Assembly (NCBI GenBank): GCA_965219955.1
Contig: OZ244799.1
Span: 1,024,001 to 1,088,000, forward strand
DNA: 64,000 nt
Direction of reading: 5' to 3'
Source of the DNA: a bacterium
GTDB taxonomy: Bacteria; UBA8248
Position 1 is the first letter of the stretch. Each line of letters begins with the position of its first letter. Made by a program: the position numbers and the translations under genes. Below, piece by piece: positions 19,479 to 30,899 of this stretch. A model generated the notes under the pieces. The model did no database searches. It was not told the origin of the DNA and worked only from the letters and a program-made list of their open reading frames with translations.

Positions 19479-20705
19479 GTGGAGACCCTCTTGTCCCGCC
19501 TTCTGGAAAACGACTCTCTGACGCTGCTGGGTGAAGGCGGCCTCCCCGTTCCCCGCTACGAGGTTTGCACGGACTCAAGCGAAGCCGCCCGCGCCACCGA
19601 ACGCCTGGGTGGGCGCGCCGTCATCAAGGCGCTCGTGCCGGTCGGCAAGCGCGGCAAAGCGGGGGCGGTCAAGTTCGCCGCCTCTGCCGATGAAGCCCGC
19701 GCGGGCGCAGAGGCCATTCTCGGCATGGAGGTGCGGCGCTTTCCCGTCAAAAAACTCATCGTCATGGAAGCGCTCGATATAAAACGCGAAATCTTCTGCT
19801 CCATCTCCTTCGATGCGCCGAGAAAGTGCCCGCTCATCCTCTTCAGCGCCGAGGGCGGCGTGGACGTGGAGGAGTTGGCCGAGCACCACCCCGACAAACT
19901 GCTCGAGTGGCCCGTGAACATTTTAGAGGGGCTTCAGGCGGAAGACGCTCTCGAGCTTGTCGGGCGCGCGGGTCTCTCGGGGGATCTCGCGGAGCCGGTC
20001 GCAAGTGCGGTGTGCGCGATGTATGGCGTCTTCTGCGCCCATGACTGCGAGATGATAGAGGTGAACCCCCTGGCGGAACTGGCCGACGGCCGCGTGGTGG
20101 CGGCGGCGGGTGTGGTGCAGCTCGACGCGCAGGCGCTCTTCCGCCACCCCGAACTCGAGGCCAAGCTGGGCGTGGAGGGCGGAAACGGCTGGCGGCCTTT
20201 CACCGAACTCGAAATGCGCATGCGCGAGATAGACGCCATCGACCCCCACGTGGGTGCGATTCGGTTCAGCGAAATGGACGGCGACATCGGCTTCATGGTC
20301 ACCGGCGGGGGGTATGGCTTATCGAGCCTCGAAGCGCTGCTGGACGAGGGCGGAAAACCCGCCACCACGTTCGACATCACGCCCGGACGCTACGAGGAGA
20401 AGATGCGCCGGGCGGTGAAGGCGGTGCTCTCGAAACCCGGCATCAAGGGACTGCTCCTGGCGGGGAACGTGAGCAATTTCACGCGGGTGGATATTAAAGT
20501 CGCGGGCGTGGTTCGCGCGCTCAAGGAGGCGGAGCTTGATTTCGATAAATTTCCCGTCATCATCCGCTACGCCGGACCGGGGGTGGAGGAAGCCAGAAGG
20601 CTCATTGCCGAGGTCCCGGGCGTGGAGTGGCATGAGGATGAGGCGTCGATAGAAGATTTGGCACGGCGAATCGTGGCGCGCGCTTACGGGCGGGATGAGA
20701 GATGA
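19479..20705 (+). CDS. ADP-forming acyl-CoA synthetase beta subunit (SucC/citryl-CoA synthetase-like)
   Basis: VIKA, GKRGKAGAV, GGVDVE, EVNPL ATP-grasp motifs; divergent ligase domain. Confidence 0.85.
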   Translation: METLLSRLLENDSLTLLGEGGLPVPRYEVCTDSSEAARATERLGGRAVIKALVPVGKRGKAGAVKFAASADEARAGAEAILGMEVRRFPVKKLIVMEALDIKREIFCSISFDAPRKCPLILFSAEGGVDVEELAEHHPDKLLEWPVNILEGLQAEDALELVGRAGLSGDLAEPVASAVCAMYGVFCAHDCEMIEVNPLAELADGRVVAAAGVVQLDAQALFRHPELEAKLGVEGGNGWRPFTELEMRMREIDAIDPHVGAIRFSEMDGDIGFMVTGGGYGLSSLEALLDEGGKPATTFDITPGRYEEKMRRAVKAVLSKPGIKGLLLAGNVSNFTRVDIKVAGVVRALKEAELDFDKFPVIIRYAGPGVEEARRLIAEVPGVEWHEDEASIEDLARRIVARAYGRDER

Positions 20706-21595
20706 GTATTCTGCTGGATTCAGACACCCGCGTGCTCGTGCAGGGGGCCACCGGAGCCGAGGCGAGGCGTCTTTTGCCCACCATGACGGACTACGGCACC
20801 CGCGTGGTGGCGGGCGTGTCTCCCGGGAAAGGGGGCGAGTCTGTCGGCGGCGTTCCGGTCTACGGTGCCGTGGCGGATGCTCTTCGCGAGCACGAGGTCG
20901 ATCTCTCCGTGCTCTTCGTTCCCGCGCGCTTCGTGCGCGAGGCGGCTCTGGAGGCCATCGAGGCGGGCGTGCCCACCGTGCACATCCTCGCAGAGGGCGT
21001 GCCGCACCACGACGCCTGCGCGCTGCTCACGCGCGCGGCCGAGATGGGAACCTTCGTCATCGGCCCCAACAGCCAGGGCATGGTGAGCCCCGGCAAGGCG
21101 AAGCTCGGCGGTACGGGCGGCGAGGTGCCCGATCTCATGTTCCGCCAAGGGTCCGTGGGCGTCGTGAGCAGAAGCGGCGGGATGGGGGCGGAGATATGCC
21201 TGTTCCTTACGCAGGCGGGCATCGGCCAGAGCACCTACGTGGCTTTGGGCGGAGACTTGCTCATCGGCTCCGCCTTCGTCGAGATGCTCGCCCTGTTCGA
21301 GGAAGACCCCGAGACCCGCGTCGTCGTCATGTTCGGTGAACCCGGCACGGACAGGGAAGAGGAAGCGGCGCGCTTCATCGCTTCGGGCGGGTTCACGAAA
21401 CCCGTTGTGGCGATGATTCCCGGCGAGTTCTGGGAAACCTCGCCCACGCCCGCCAGCGTGAGCCACACCGGCGCGCTCATCACCCGGGGCCGCGGCGCGC
21501 CCTCGGGCAAGAAAAGGCTCCTGAATGAAGCCGGCGTCCTCGTTGCCGAACGATTCTCCCAGGTTGTGCTCCTTGTGAAACAAGCCCTCGGATAA
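20702..21595 (+). CDS. ADP-forming acyl-CoA synthetase alpha subunit (SucD-like)
   Basis: VLVQGATG, IGPN, VSRSGG, GIGQST, SHTGA phospho-His; overlaps the upstream stop. Confidence 0.88.
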   Translation: MSILLDSDTRVLVQGATGAEARRLLPTMTDYGTRVVAGVSPGKGGESVGGVPVYGAVADALREHEVDLSVLFVPARFVREAALEAIEAGVPTVHILAEGVPHHDACALLTRAAEMGTFVIGPNSQGMVSPGKAKLGGTGGEVPDLMFRQGSVGVVSRSGGMGAEICLFLTQAGIGQSTYVALGGDLLIGSAFVEMLALFEEDPETRVVVMFGEPGTDREEEAARFIASGGFTKPVVAMIPGEFWETSPTPASVSHTGALITRGRGAPSGKKRLLNEAGVLVAERFSQVVLLVKQALG

Positions 21596-21768
21596 ACATA
21601 GAGAAACGACTGACAAGCACTGCTTAGAACGGGCGGGATGTTCTCCCCCGAAATCGGCAGCCGTGGAAAAAGGGAGTAATTGAACCTCACGTTATTTCGC
21701 TGTATATTTGCTTGTAAGAGGGAAGCATGGGTGCGTAACGACGATGCAGATAAAGTAGAGGACTCGAC

Positions 21769-22377
21769 ATGGAAAGGGAAAAAGCAGCGGCGAAAACGAA
21801 AACGTTTCATTGGTGGTTGCTTTGGGTTGGTTCTCCGGTGGCGATATTCGCCATACTGGGAGGCGGGTTGCTCTATATCGCCCAAGCCGAAGTCAAGCCT
21901 GTTATCGCGAAAGTGAACGCGGAAGTTAAAAGACTCGACGGAGTAGACGGGCAGCTTCAGAATCAAATCACCGAAGTCAAAATGAATCTGGACGAGAGAC
22001 TGAAGCTACTCCACGCGGACCTGAACGCCTTCAAGGCCCAAATGCATGAAGATCTGAAAGGCTTGGCGACCAGGGATGATTTCGGTTACCTGAAATAAGA
22101 AATGGGCAGTCTGAAATCGGATATGGGCAGTCTGAAATTAGATGTTGGCAGTCTGAAATCAGATGTGGGCAATTTGAAGGCCGACGTTAGTAGTCTTAAA
22201 ACTGACGTGGGCAATCTAAAGGCTGACGTGGGGGGGCTGAAAGCCGACGTGGGGGGACTGAAAGCTGAGTTGAAGAATTTGAAAGAAAAACTCGTTACGC
22301 CGCAACAGATTCGAACCATTATGAGAGAAGTGCTGGAGGAGTATCGCGCTAGGCTGGAGGAGTATCGCGCTAGATAA
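21769..22377 (+). pseudogene. membrane-anchored heptad-repeat coiled-coil protein interrupted by an in-frame TAA
   Basis: ORFs 21769-22098 and 22102-22377 are in frame; TAA at 22096-22098 occupies the TCA/TCG position of the 21-bp repeat unit. Confidence 0.65.
22090..22278 (+). repeat. tandem array of nine degenerate 21-bp units (LKxDVGx heptads)
   Basis: CTGAAATCGGATATGGGCAGT-like units with period 21; a separate perfect 21-bp duplication lies at 22332-22373. Confidence 0.9.
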
Positions 22378-22409
22378 ATCTGAATGAGTTTTCGTGAATC
22401 TTGTTCATC

Positions 22410-22446
22410 CAATCGCCCCTGGTCATAACTGGGGGCGATTGTTTTT
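22410..22446 (+). terminator. rho-independent terminator
   Basis: CAATCGCCCC...GGGGCGATTG stem followed by TTTTT. Confidence 0.65.
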
Positions 22447-22513
22447 GAGGAATTGAGGGGAATTCGCCTGCCAGAACCAAAACCCGCATAAGCGGCTTGA
22501 GAGCCTGCGGCCC

Positions 22514-23269
22514 TCACACCATCGTCGCGCCGCCGTTCACGTCGAGCGTGACGCCGGTGATGTAGCCCGCCTCCCTGCTGCAGAGGAATATGACGGCCTC
22601 GGCGATCTCATGGGATTCTGAGAGTCTGCCCACGGGCGATGATTTCTCGATGTGGGCGATGCGCTCGGGCGTTCTGATTTTGAGCCCTCTCGGCGTTTGC
22701 ACGTTGGCGGGAGCTACGGCGTTCACGGTGACGCCGTGCGGCCCCAGTTCGCACGCCGCCTGCCGGGTGAGGCCGAGCACGCCCGCCTTGGCGGCGGTGT
22801 AATGGGGGGGATTGGGGTTCACGCCGCTGCGCGCGGCCATGCTCGAGAGCGTCACGAAGCGACCGTAGTTCGCCGCCACCATGAGGGGGGCGGCGGCTTT
22901 CAGGAGATAGAACATCGATTTCAGGTTCGAGTTCACCACGCCGTCCCAGGCCTCTACGGGGCAATCCAGCAGGCTCACGTATTGCGGAAAACCGCCCGCG
23001 CTGTGCACGAGAACGTCGATACTGCCTGCCCGGTTGTGAGCCTCGTTTACGGCGGCGCTGGTCGCCTCCCAGTCGGTGAGGTCGACGACGGCGCAGTGAG
23101 CAGCACCTCCGCTTTCGTTGATGGATTTCGTGACGGCTTCAGCGCCTTCCGCGTCGAAATCCATCACGGTGACCGTTGCCCCCCTTTGGGCCAGGATTCT
23201 CGCTGTCGATTCGCCGATGCCCGTCGCCGCGCCCGTGACGACGGCGCTTTGTCCCTCGAAGCCGCTCAT
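22514..23269 (-). CDS. short-chain dehydrogenase/reductase
   Basis: TGAATGIG, YTAAK, VNAVAP. Confidence 0.94.
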   Translation of the reverse strand: MSGFEGQSAVVTGAATGIGESTARILAQRGATVTVMDFDAEGAEAVTKSINESGGAAHCAVVDLTDWEATSAAVNEAHNRAGSIDVLVHSAGGFPQYVSLLDCPVEAWDGVVNSNLKSMFYLLKAAAPLMVAANYGRFVTLSSMAARSGVNPNPPHYTAAKAGVLGLTRQAACELGPHGVTVNAVAPANVQTPRGLKIRTPERIAHIEKSSPVGRLSESHEIAEAVIFLCSREAGYITGVTLDVNGGATMV

Positions 23270-23336
23270 TGCCTTGTCCTTTTCTTGAAAAAACGGCGCG
23301 CGGCGACCCGGAAGCCGCCGCGCGCCGCCTGATTGA

Positions 23337-24350
23337 CTAGCCTTCCTGCATCTTCAGGATGCGGTTGATGAGGTCGATGCCGCCCACCTTGTCGGCGAAC
23401 ATCTTGTGCACGGGCTTCACGGCCTCGCGGAAGGGCTTGAGATCGGGCGAGGCGATCGTGAGACCCTTCGCGGCGAAGCCCTTCATGATGTCCTGCTCGT
23501 TCTCCTCGGCGTAGGTGTTCGCCCAGGCGATGGTGTCGCGCGCGGCCATGAGAACGGCCTTCTGCAGGTGCTTGGGCAGCTTGGCGTAATACTTGTCGTT
23601 CATGATGAGCGCGCCCGCCACGAGCTGGTGCCGGGTGATGGAGAGGTATTTCTGCACCTCGTAGAGCTTCTGCGCCCACGCCCAACTCGACCCGCCGTCG
23701 TGGCCGTCCACCGTCTTGGTGCTGAGCGCGCTGAACAACTCCGTCGGCGCCATGCCGATGGTGCTGCCGCCGAGCGCTTTATACGTCTGCACCATGATGG
23801 GGTTTTTCGCGATCCGCATGCGCAGGTCGCCCAGGTCGGCGGGCTTCATGATGGGGTGTTTGCTGTTCATCATGTTGCGGAAGCCCGTGGCGACGAAGCC
23901 CAGCACGCGGATGCCGGATTTCTTGCGGAAATTCTCGCCAATGTTCTGGCCGATGTCGCTGTTGAATACTTTCACGGCGCCCTTGAAGCTGCCGAACATG
24001 AAGGGCAGGGTGAAGATGTCGAGCCGCCTGTCGAAGGCCGTGATGTTGTTCGACGCAACGACCTGCATGTGCACCGAGCCGAGTTGCACCTTTTTCGCGG
24101 CGACACGGTCTTTTCCGAGCTGCGAGGAGGGGAATATCTGGACGTCGAGCTCCCCCTTGGAATAGACCTGCAGGTTCTTCTGCATGGTCAGCGCGATGGC
24201 CTGATAGAGGAGCTGCGGCTTGGGCGGGTTGTTGTGGGCGAACTTCATCACGTACTTGGCGGCCTCGGCCTTGGGCGCTGCGAAGCCGAGGAGCGCGGCG
24301 GCGAGGATGATGACCACCATCGCCGTGAAGCATTGTTTCAGATGTCGCAT
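23337..24350 (-). CDS. dctP: TRAP transporter solute-binding protein DctP family
   Basis: Signal peptide, IFPSSQLG, LPFMF, GFRN, LYEVQKY. Confidence 0.9.
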   Translation of the reverse strand: MRHLKQCFTAMVVIILAAALLGFAAPKAEAAKYVMKFAHNNPPKPQLLYQAIALTMQKNLQVYSKGELDVQIFPSSQLGKDRVAAKKVQLGSVHMQVVASNNITAFDRRLDIFTLPFMFGSFKGAVKVFNSDIGQNIGENFRKKSGIRVLGFVATGFRNMMNSKHPIMKPADLGDLRMRIAKNPIMVQTYKALGGSTIGMAPTELFSALSTKTVDGHDGGSSWAWAQKLYEVQKYLSITRHQLVAGALIMNDKYYAKLPKHLQKAVLMAARDTIAWANTYAEENEQDIMKGFAAKGLTIASPDLKPFREAVKPVHKMFADKVGGIDLINRILKMQEG

Positions 24351-24376
24351 GTCTTGCCTCCTTTTAGTTCGTTCCC

Positions 24377-25659
<1,283 letters not shown>

Positions 25660-25663
<4 letters not shown>

Positions 25664-26154
25664 CGCTCTTCCTCCTGCTTTTCGACCTCATAGACCACCT
25701 CGGGGCCGCCCTGAATGTAGACGCGGTACATGTACTGGGCGAGGCGTATGGTCATCAGCCCGAAGCCGATGGGAATGATGGCGTGCACGGCCGCTTCGGG
25801 GATTTGAAGGATGTCGGTCTCCGACCAGACCTCTATCTCGCTGTATACGAACAGAAAGCCGAAGTACGTCATGAGCACGTTGAAAGCCATCCAGAGACAA
25901 TCCGAGAAAAAGACTATCGGGCGAGCCCAGGAGGGGGGCGTGAGCATCTCGATAGCGTTCACGCGGATGTGGCGGCCTTGGAGGATGATCCAGCTGATCG
26001 TCAGGTAGATGAACCAGATGAAGACGATGCGCGAGAACTCCTCGATCCAGCTGATGGAGGTAAAGAATATGTAGCGCGCGATGACCTGCGCGGTGAGCAT
26101 CAGCGTGAGCGAGAGCAGGAGAATCCAGGAGAGGTTTCGCTCGATGTTTCGCAC
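25660..26154 (-). CDS. dctQ: TRAP transporter small permease
   Basis: QVIARY, WIEE, HIRV and four TM segments; overlaps dctM start. Confidence 0.88.
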
Positions 26155-26360
26155 TTTTCTTTCCCATCTTGCGGGGGGAACCGGGCCGCAGGCCCGCCAT
26201 GTTTGGTGGATGGAGGCAGTCTAGTTTGTTTTGACTTGAGCGGTCAATGCGAAACGGGGGTTTGGGAATGGGGGTATATATTGGCAGTAACAGTTCAAGC
26301 AGGGGGTTCTTTAGAATGAGCAATCAGGGTGAAATATTGTTAATGGGAAGAAAAAAGTTA

Positions 26361-27170
26361 TCAGGCGCATGGATCGAATGGCTGGTTGTACACACGGATG
26401 AGAGGGATTAGGGGCGTGCCATTTATTTTCAGGGATTTTACCCAGCAGGAATTATCGACTATGCCGCTGCAATGTTTTTTGAGTGCACGCTCCCATTCCG
26501 CTATAGTCTTGAATAACTTCCCATCTTGTTCCATGTCTTTGGCATTCAAAAATCCGAGATAGATGAGAATGACGGGGATTCCCAGCGAGGCCAGCTTCCA
26601 GGACCAGGCGAACCTGTTGGACAACTGGTAGTGCTTATCTCGACATAAATTCCAGGGATTGCCAGTTAGCTTCTTTAATTCAGCGTTTGCATCCGAGATC
26701 GCCTGACCGATTTTTTCATGATTCCTCTGGCTGTTCAAGGATGTGCCCGGTCGGGATTTCCCTGAATCACTCAATTCGTTTTCGTGGGCTTTGGCTTCGA
26801 CGAGAAAAATCCCTCTTCTGCCCTCGATTTTGCAGGTGCCGGTAATGTCCCAAGTTGGCGTGCGCGCTCCCCGGCCTCTACCGCGAACTGCCAGCCACCA
26901 CTCTTGGAGTTCGATTCGGGTGCCGGGAAATAGGAGAGTTTCCTCCTTATCTAGTTCGGCTTCTTTAGAGGAAGCCTTGTTCCATGCGCCATTTTTATAG
27001 GCAGGCTTGCCGTAGGGCATCCATTTGTCATTAGGCGACACTACCACTCCCGGAAAATCAATGATTTGTGTGAGGCGTTCGGCGACTTCATCGGATTTGC
27101 CGTTAGTGAGCAGTACGCAACGCGGGCGGCTTCCCCGGTTGTCCTTGCCTAGCCCTTCCCGCCAATTCAT
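26361..27170 (-). CDS. hypothetical protein, putative PD-(D/E)XK nuclease fold
   Basis: TPTWD...FLVEAK...HYQL pattern; lower GC than flanks; GAGG RBS. Confidence 0.6.
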   Translation of the reverse strand: MNWREGLGKDNRGSRPRCVLLTNGKSDEVAERLTQIIDFPGVVVSPNDKWMPYGKPAYKNGAWNKASSKEAELDKEETLLFPGTRIELQEWWLAVRGRGRGARTPTWDITGTCKIEGRRGIFLVEAKAHENELSDSGKSRPGTSLNSQRNHEKIGQAISDANAELKKLTGNPWNLCRDKHYQLSNRFAWSWKLASLGIPVILIYLGFLNAKDMEQDGKLFKTIAEWERALKKHCSGIVDNSCWVKSLKINGTPLIPLIRVYNQPFDPCA

Positions 27171-27257
27171 TATTTCCTCGGTTTATCGATATCCTTAACA
27201 GCGCATCTCTAGGGTTTCAGCAGCCAGACAAAACTCGTCTGTCTTTTCGATTTGCTC

Positions 27258-27992
27258 TTAGAAAACAGAAGCCAACCCGTTGAATGCATCCCGAACCATC
27301 CGCCCCTCGGCGGTCAAGCGCTCGGTCCCACACTTCTGCTTTACTTCTTCCCCGCTCGTAAACGGCAGGCTGTCTAACTCTCTTGGGAAAGCAAGCGCGT
27401 CCAGAGACATCGTCAATCCGTCAATTTTAGAGCCAACGTCAAATTCATCGAGGAAATTGCGCATTCGTGCAACCGCCCCTGCAAAGTCGTGGTAGCCATG
27501 ATAATAGGACGTGGGTGCGGCGACTTCGAGCGAGACGTGCCGGGCCTTCATTAGTGGCCGTGTTCGAAGAGGTAATTCGTTTTTATGGATTCGGCAAAAC
27601 ACGTATACGGCGCCGTATCGTAGCACTTCTCTCAGCGCATAAAGCGGGTCGTTACTTACAGTTTTCAACTCGATTAAGCGGGCGTGTTCGTTCGATTCAT
27701 CCCAATGAACGAGGTCAACGTTGCTATGCCTGTTTCTGGCTGAGTCGCCAATCCCGGAGGCGGTCGGGCATTGGTTGTGCCATTCGGGCATGTGTCCATT
27801 GTTCGCCAGTATAGAGACAGCCTTTTCGAGCATTTTTTCAGATGACTTATTGCGAGCAGAAATGTCACATGCCCGCCTCAGCTTCCAGAGTTCTTGGGAG
27901 TTGGAGGAAGGATCAGGACAGTTGGCTTTCATCCGGTTGTATATCTCACTTATGTCCTCCAGGTATTCGGTGCCATCAAACAAACTACCCAT
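27258..27992 (-). CDS. hypothetical protein, putative PD-(D/E)XK nuclease fold
   Basis: EKMLE...NQCP...VDLV...LIELK...EVLRY pattern; lower GC. Confidence 0.6.
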   Translation of the reverse strand: MGSLFDGTEYLEDISEIYNRMKANCPDPSSNSQELWKLRRACDISARNKSSEKMLEKAVSILANNGHMPEWHNQCPTASGIGDSARNRHSNVDLVHWDESNEHARLIELKTVSNDPLYALREVLRYGAVYVFCRIHKNELPLRTRPLMKARHVSLEVAAPTSYYHGYHDFAGAVARMRNFLDEFDVGSKIDGLTMSLDALAFPRELDSLPFTSGEEVKQKCGTERLTAEGRMVRDAFNGLASVF

Positions 27993-28079
27993 TTCAATAA
28001 CCTTATCTTCGGGATTAAATTATGGTGGGTGTTCTTTCAGTCATCTCTCGCGCAAGTCGGGTTCCTTACTTGCGGGCGC

Positions 28080-29237
28080 TCAGAACACGCCCTCACGGGT
28101 TTCGGCGAGCACCAGGTCCACCACCCGGCGCAGAGCCTCTTCATCAGAGTCGCCTTCGAGTCGGCGCAGGCGGTAGAGGTCGGCCTGGCGGTCCGCGCCG
28201 CTGCCCTCGCGGATGATGGCGAGCGCGTGGCGGATTTCGGCCTCGCACCCCAGCGCGCGGGCGTCGGGTGCGAGCGTTTCGACGAGATCGCGCATGAAGT
28301 CGTCGATGTCCACCCGCGCGTTCTCGCGCGTCGTATCGCCGAGGAAGGCGAGCGTCCCGTAGCGTTGTGCGACCCAGCGGTTCTCCGCGATGACCTCGGT
28401 CAGCGGCTCGGGCGGCAGCGCGCCCGCTTCGTCCTGGCGCATGAGATACCTGAGGAGAGAGGCGTAGAGCGCCGCGATAGAGACGGCGTCTTCGATGCGC
28501 GGGCAGATGTCGCAGATGCGGAGTTCCACCGTCGGGAAGGCGTGGGCGGGTCGGATGTCCCACCAGATTTCACTTCCGTTCTCGATGAAGTTCATTCGCC
28601 GGTATTCGGCGATGATTTCCTCGTATTCCGCCCGGGAATGCAGCGGCCCGGGCATGCTGGTGCGCGGGAGCCCGCCGATGAGGTTCAGGCGGTAGGACTT
28701 GTAGCCCGTGTCGTGCCCGCCGTTGAAGGGCGAGGAGGTGGAGAGCGCGTGAATTGCGGGCAGGTAGCGGCGCATGGCCGTCATGACCCGGATGCGCGAT
28801 TCGGGGTCGCCGAAGCCCGCGTGGATGTGCATCCCGCCGATGACCAGGCGGCGGATGCTCTCCTGGAACGTCATCGCGAAACGCTCGTAGCGCTCCTTGG
28901 GCGTGACCGCCAGCTCCCGCCACTGCGCGAAGGGGTGGGTGGAGGCGGCCATCACCGAGGCTCCGTGCGCCTCTGCCGCTTCGATGACGACCCGGCGGGT
29001 CTCGCGCAGCGCCTCGCGCGCCTCGGCCACCGAAGCGCAAACCCTCGTGTTGGTCTCTACCTGGGAGCGAAGCAACTCCCGGGTGACCTTGTGGGGTTCG
29101 ATCCGGGCCTCGCAGGCTTCGAAGATGGCCGGGTCGGGGTCGGCGAGAAGATCGCGCGATTCGGGGTCGACGAGAAAGAATTCTTCCTCGATCCCGAGGG
29201 TTATCTTCAAGTCTTCACGATTCTCGGCGTCGTTCAC
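28080..29237 (-). CDS. carboxylate-amine ligase (YbdK/GCS2 family)
   Basis: LGIEEEF, STHPF, GMHIH, SSPF, WWDIRP, ELRICD; GTG start inferred after GGAG. Confidence 0.92.
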   Translation of the reverse strand: MNDAENREDLKITLGIEEEFFLVDPESRDLLADPDPAIFEACEARIEPHKVTRELLRSQVETNTRVCASVAEAREALRETRRVVIEAAEAHGASVMAASTHPFAQWRELAVTPKERYERFAMTFQESIRRLVIGGMHIHAGFGDPESRIRVMTAMRRYLPAIHALSTSSPFNGGHDTGYKSYRLNLIGGLPRTSMPGPLHSRAEYEEIIAEYRRMNFIENGSEIWWDIRPAHAFPTVELRICDICPRIEDAVSIAALYASLLRYLMRQDEAGALPPEPLTEVIAENRWVAQRYGTLAFLGDTTRENARVDIDDFMRDLVETLAPDARALGCEAEIRHALAIIREGSGADRQADLYRLRRLEGDSDEEALRRVVDLVLAETREGVF

Positions 29238-29390
29238 GTCGCGCTCCGTGGGGGTGGGCAGGTCTACCCCTTGTTCGTGCGCTTTGCGCTCACGAACGGT
29301 GGTTATCGGTCGAACCTCTCGCAACAGGCGCGACGACTCTATCACTTCATGACAAGTGAATCCAAGTATTCGTGCGGATTTGTCGTCTGT

Positions 29391-30623
29391 CTAGGGCTGA
29401 TGCACCGCTCTTTCGCGCGTGCCGCCCAGGCTCGTGAGGGCGAAGGGCAGCGTGAGAAGCGCTGCGACGACGCCCATCCCCACCAGGCCGAAGGCGTCCA
29501 CGCAAAGGCCGATGAGGGGAGCGAGCACCATGGCGAGGATCGATTTTGCCTGCGTCTCGACGGAGAGTATCGTCGCCCCCGCCTCGGGCGTGCTGTGGGC
29601 GTCGATGCGGCTGATGAGCACGGGACGCCAGAAGTTCTGCAGCACGGCCAGGGCGATGAACCCCGCGATAACGACCGACTCCCAGCCCGTCCAGAGCCCC
29701 CAGGCGAGAGCCGTATAGATGAGGGCGGTGGCGCCCCAGAGCGATTTCGCGGCGGCTTCCTCCGAACCCGTGGCTGCCACGAGGCGGTGCCCCCCGCGCG
29801 AGGCGAAGCTCGAGAGCAGGTGCAGGACGAAGTAGACCGCCCCCATCAGAATGGCCACGCGTTGGTTCTGTTGCCAGGTGGCGAGCAGGGCAAGGCCCAG
29901 GGCGGCCTGCTTGATGACGGGCTGAATGTAGTCCTTGGCGACCTTGTAGGTGCCCTCGTAGCTCATGGATTCCACCAGAATGCCGCGCAGCGGCTTGTCG
30001 GTGAACGCCATGCGCATGGAATCCTTCAGGTGTCCCCACACGCTCGGGATTTTCGTATCCGCCGCTCGTGCGCCTTCGAGTTCGGTGGGGTATCCCATGA
30101 AGTTCACGATGTTGAGCGCGTAGGGGATGACGGCGAGCAGGAAGATGTCGCTGTAGCGCGCGCCCGTGAAGATGAACGCGCTCGCGACCACGACCGAGAC
30201 GGCCGAGCCTATCTTCGACCACGAGCGCGTGAACCCGTAGACGCGGGTGCGCTCTTTCTCGCGGCCCTGGATTCTCAACCACTCGAATATCATCGCCTTG
30301 TGCGTGCCGGTGCGGAACGAATCGCCCAGGGCGAAGGCGAACATGGCGAGGAACAGGGCGGCGAAAGAGGCCGAAAGGCCGAATACCAGGAACGAGGCGA
30401 TGTAGGCGAGGAACGAGAAGATCATCGAGCGCCTTCTGCCGTAGAGATCGGCCACCGCACCGCTCGGGATCTCGAAGATGTTGATGCACACCTCGCGAAA
30501 GCCGATGAGAATCCCGATCTGGAAGAAGGAGAGGTCTTTCTCCAGAAACGCGAGGATGAGGAAGGGCTCGAAATAGGTCTGGTTCTTGAGGAAGCCGTAC
30601 AGCGAGAATCGAAACATCATCAT
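29391..30623 (-). CDS. MFS transporter
   Basis: EIPSGAVADLYGRRRS motif A and about 12 TM segments. Confidence 0.9.
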   Translation of the reverse strand: MMMFRFSLYGFLKNQTYFEPFLILAFLEKDLSFFQIGILIGFREVCINIFEIPSGAVADLYGRRRSMIFSFLAYIASFLVFGLSASFAALFLAMFAFALGDSFRTGTHKAMIFEWLRIQGREKERTRVYGFTRSWSKIGSAVSVVVASAFIFTGARYSDIFLLAVIPYALNIVNFMGYPTELEGARAADTKIPSVWGHLKDSMRMAFTDKPLRGILVESMSYEGTYKVAKDYIQPVIKQAALGLALLATWQQNQRVAILMGAVYFVLHLLSSFASRGGHRLVAATGSEEAAAKSLWGATALIYTALAWGLWTGWESVVIAGFIALAVLQNFWRPVLISRIDAHSTPEAGATILSVETQAKSILAMVLAPLIGLCVDAFGLVGMGVVAALLTLPFALTSLGGTRERAVHQP

Positions 30624-30899
30624 CGGCCGAACCTCCTCCCTTCAATTTCGGTCCCGCCCGTTTTTCGCGCAAGGGGCGGGAACGAGAGGCGGCCTGTGTG
30701 CGCGCATACTTTATTCCCCTCCCAACGGCGCGCATGAATCATTATAGCGGAAACTTTCTCGCTTGCGGGATGTTTTTTCGCTGAGTGGAGTGCGGGGAGG
30801 GCGCATTCCCGTCATACCGGGGCGAGGGGGATGTTTCAATATAGGAGCCGATCGCGAACGGCCCCTAGGCATTCCGCGGCTTCCCCGAGGTTGCGTTTC

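Noticed and set aside
22096-22098. In-frame stop as Sec or Pyl recoding
   Set aside because: The codon is TAA, which is not recoded, and the repeat consensus implies Ser.
22090-22278. 21-bp array as CRISPR or DGR template/variable repeat
   Set aside because: No spacers, coding heptad periodicity, no adenine-specific variation and no reverse transcriptase.
27894-30737. 947-aa plus-strand ORF, and similar long ORFs at 14268-16853, 14681-16471 and 50804-53296
   Set aside because: Antisense or alternate-frame shadows of well-supported genes, expected in high-GC DNA; no recognisable motifs.
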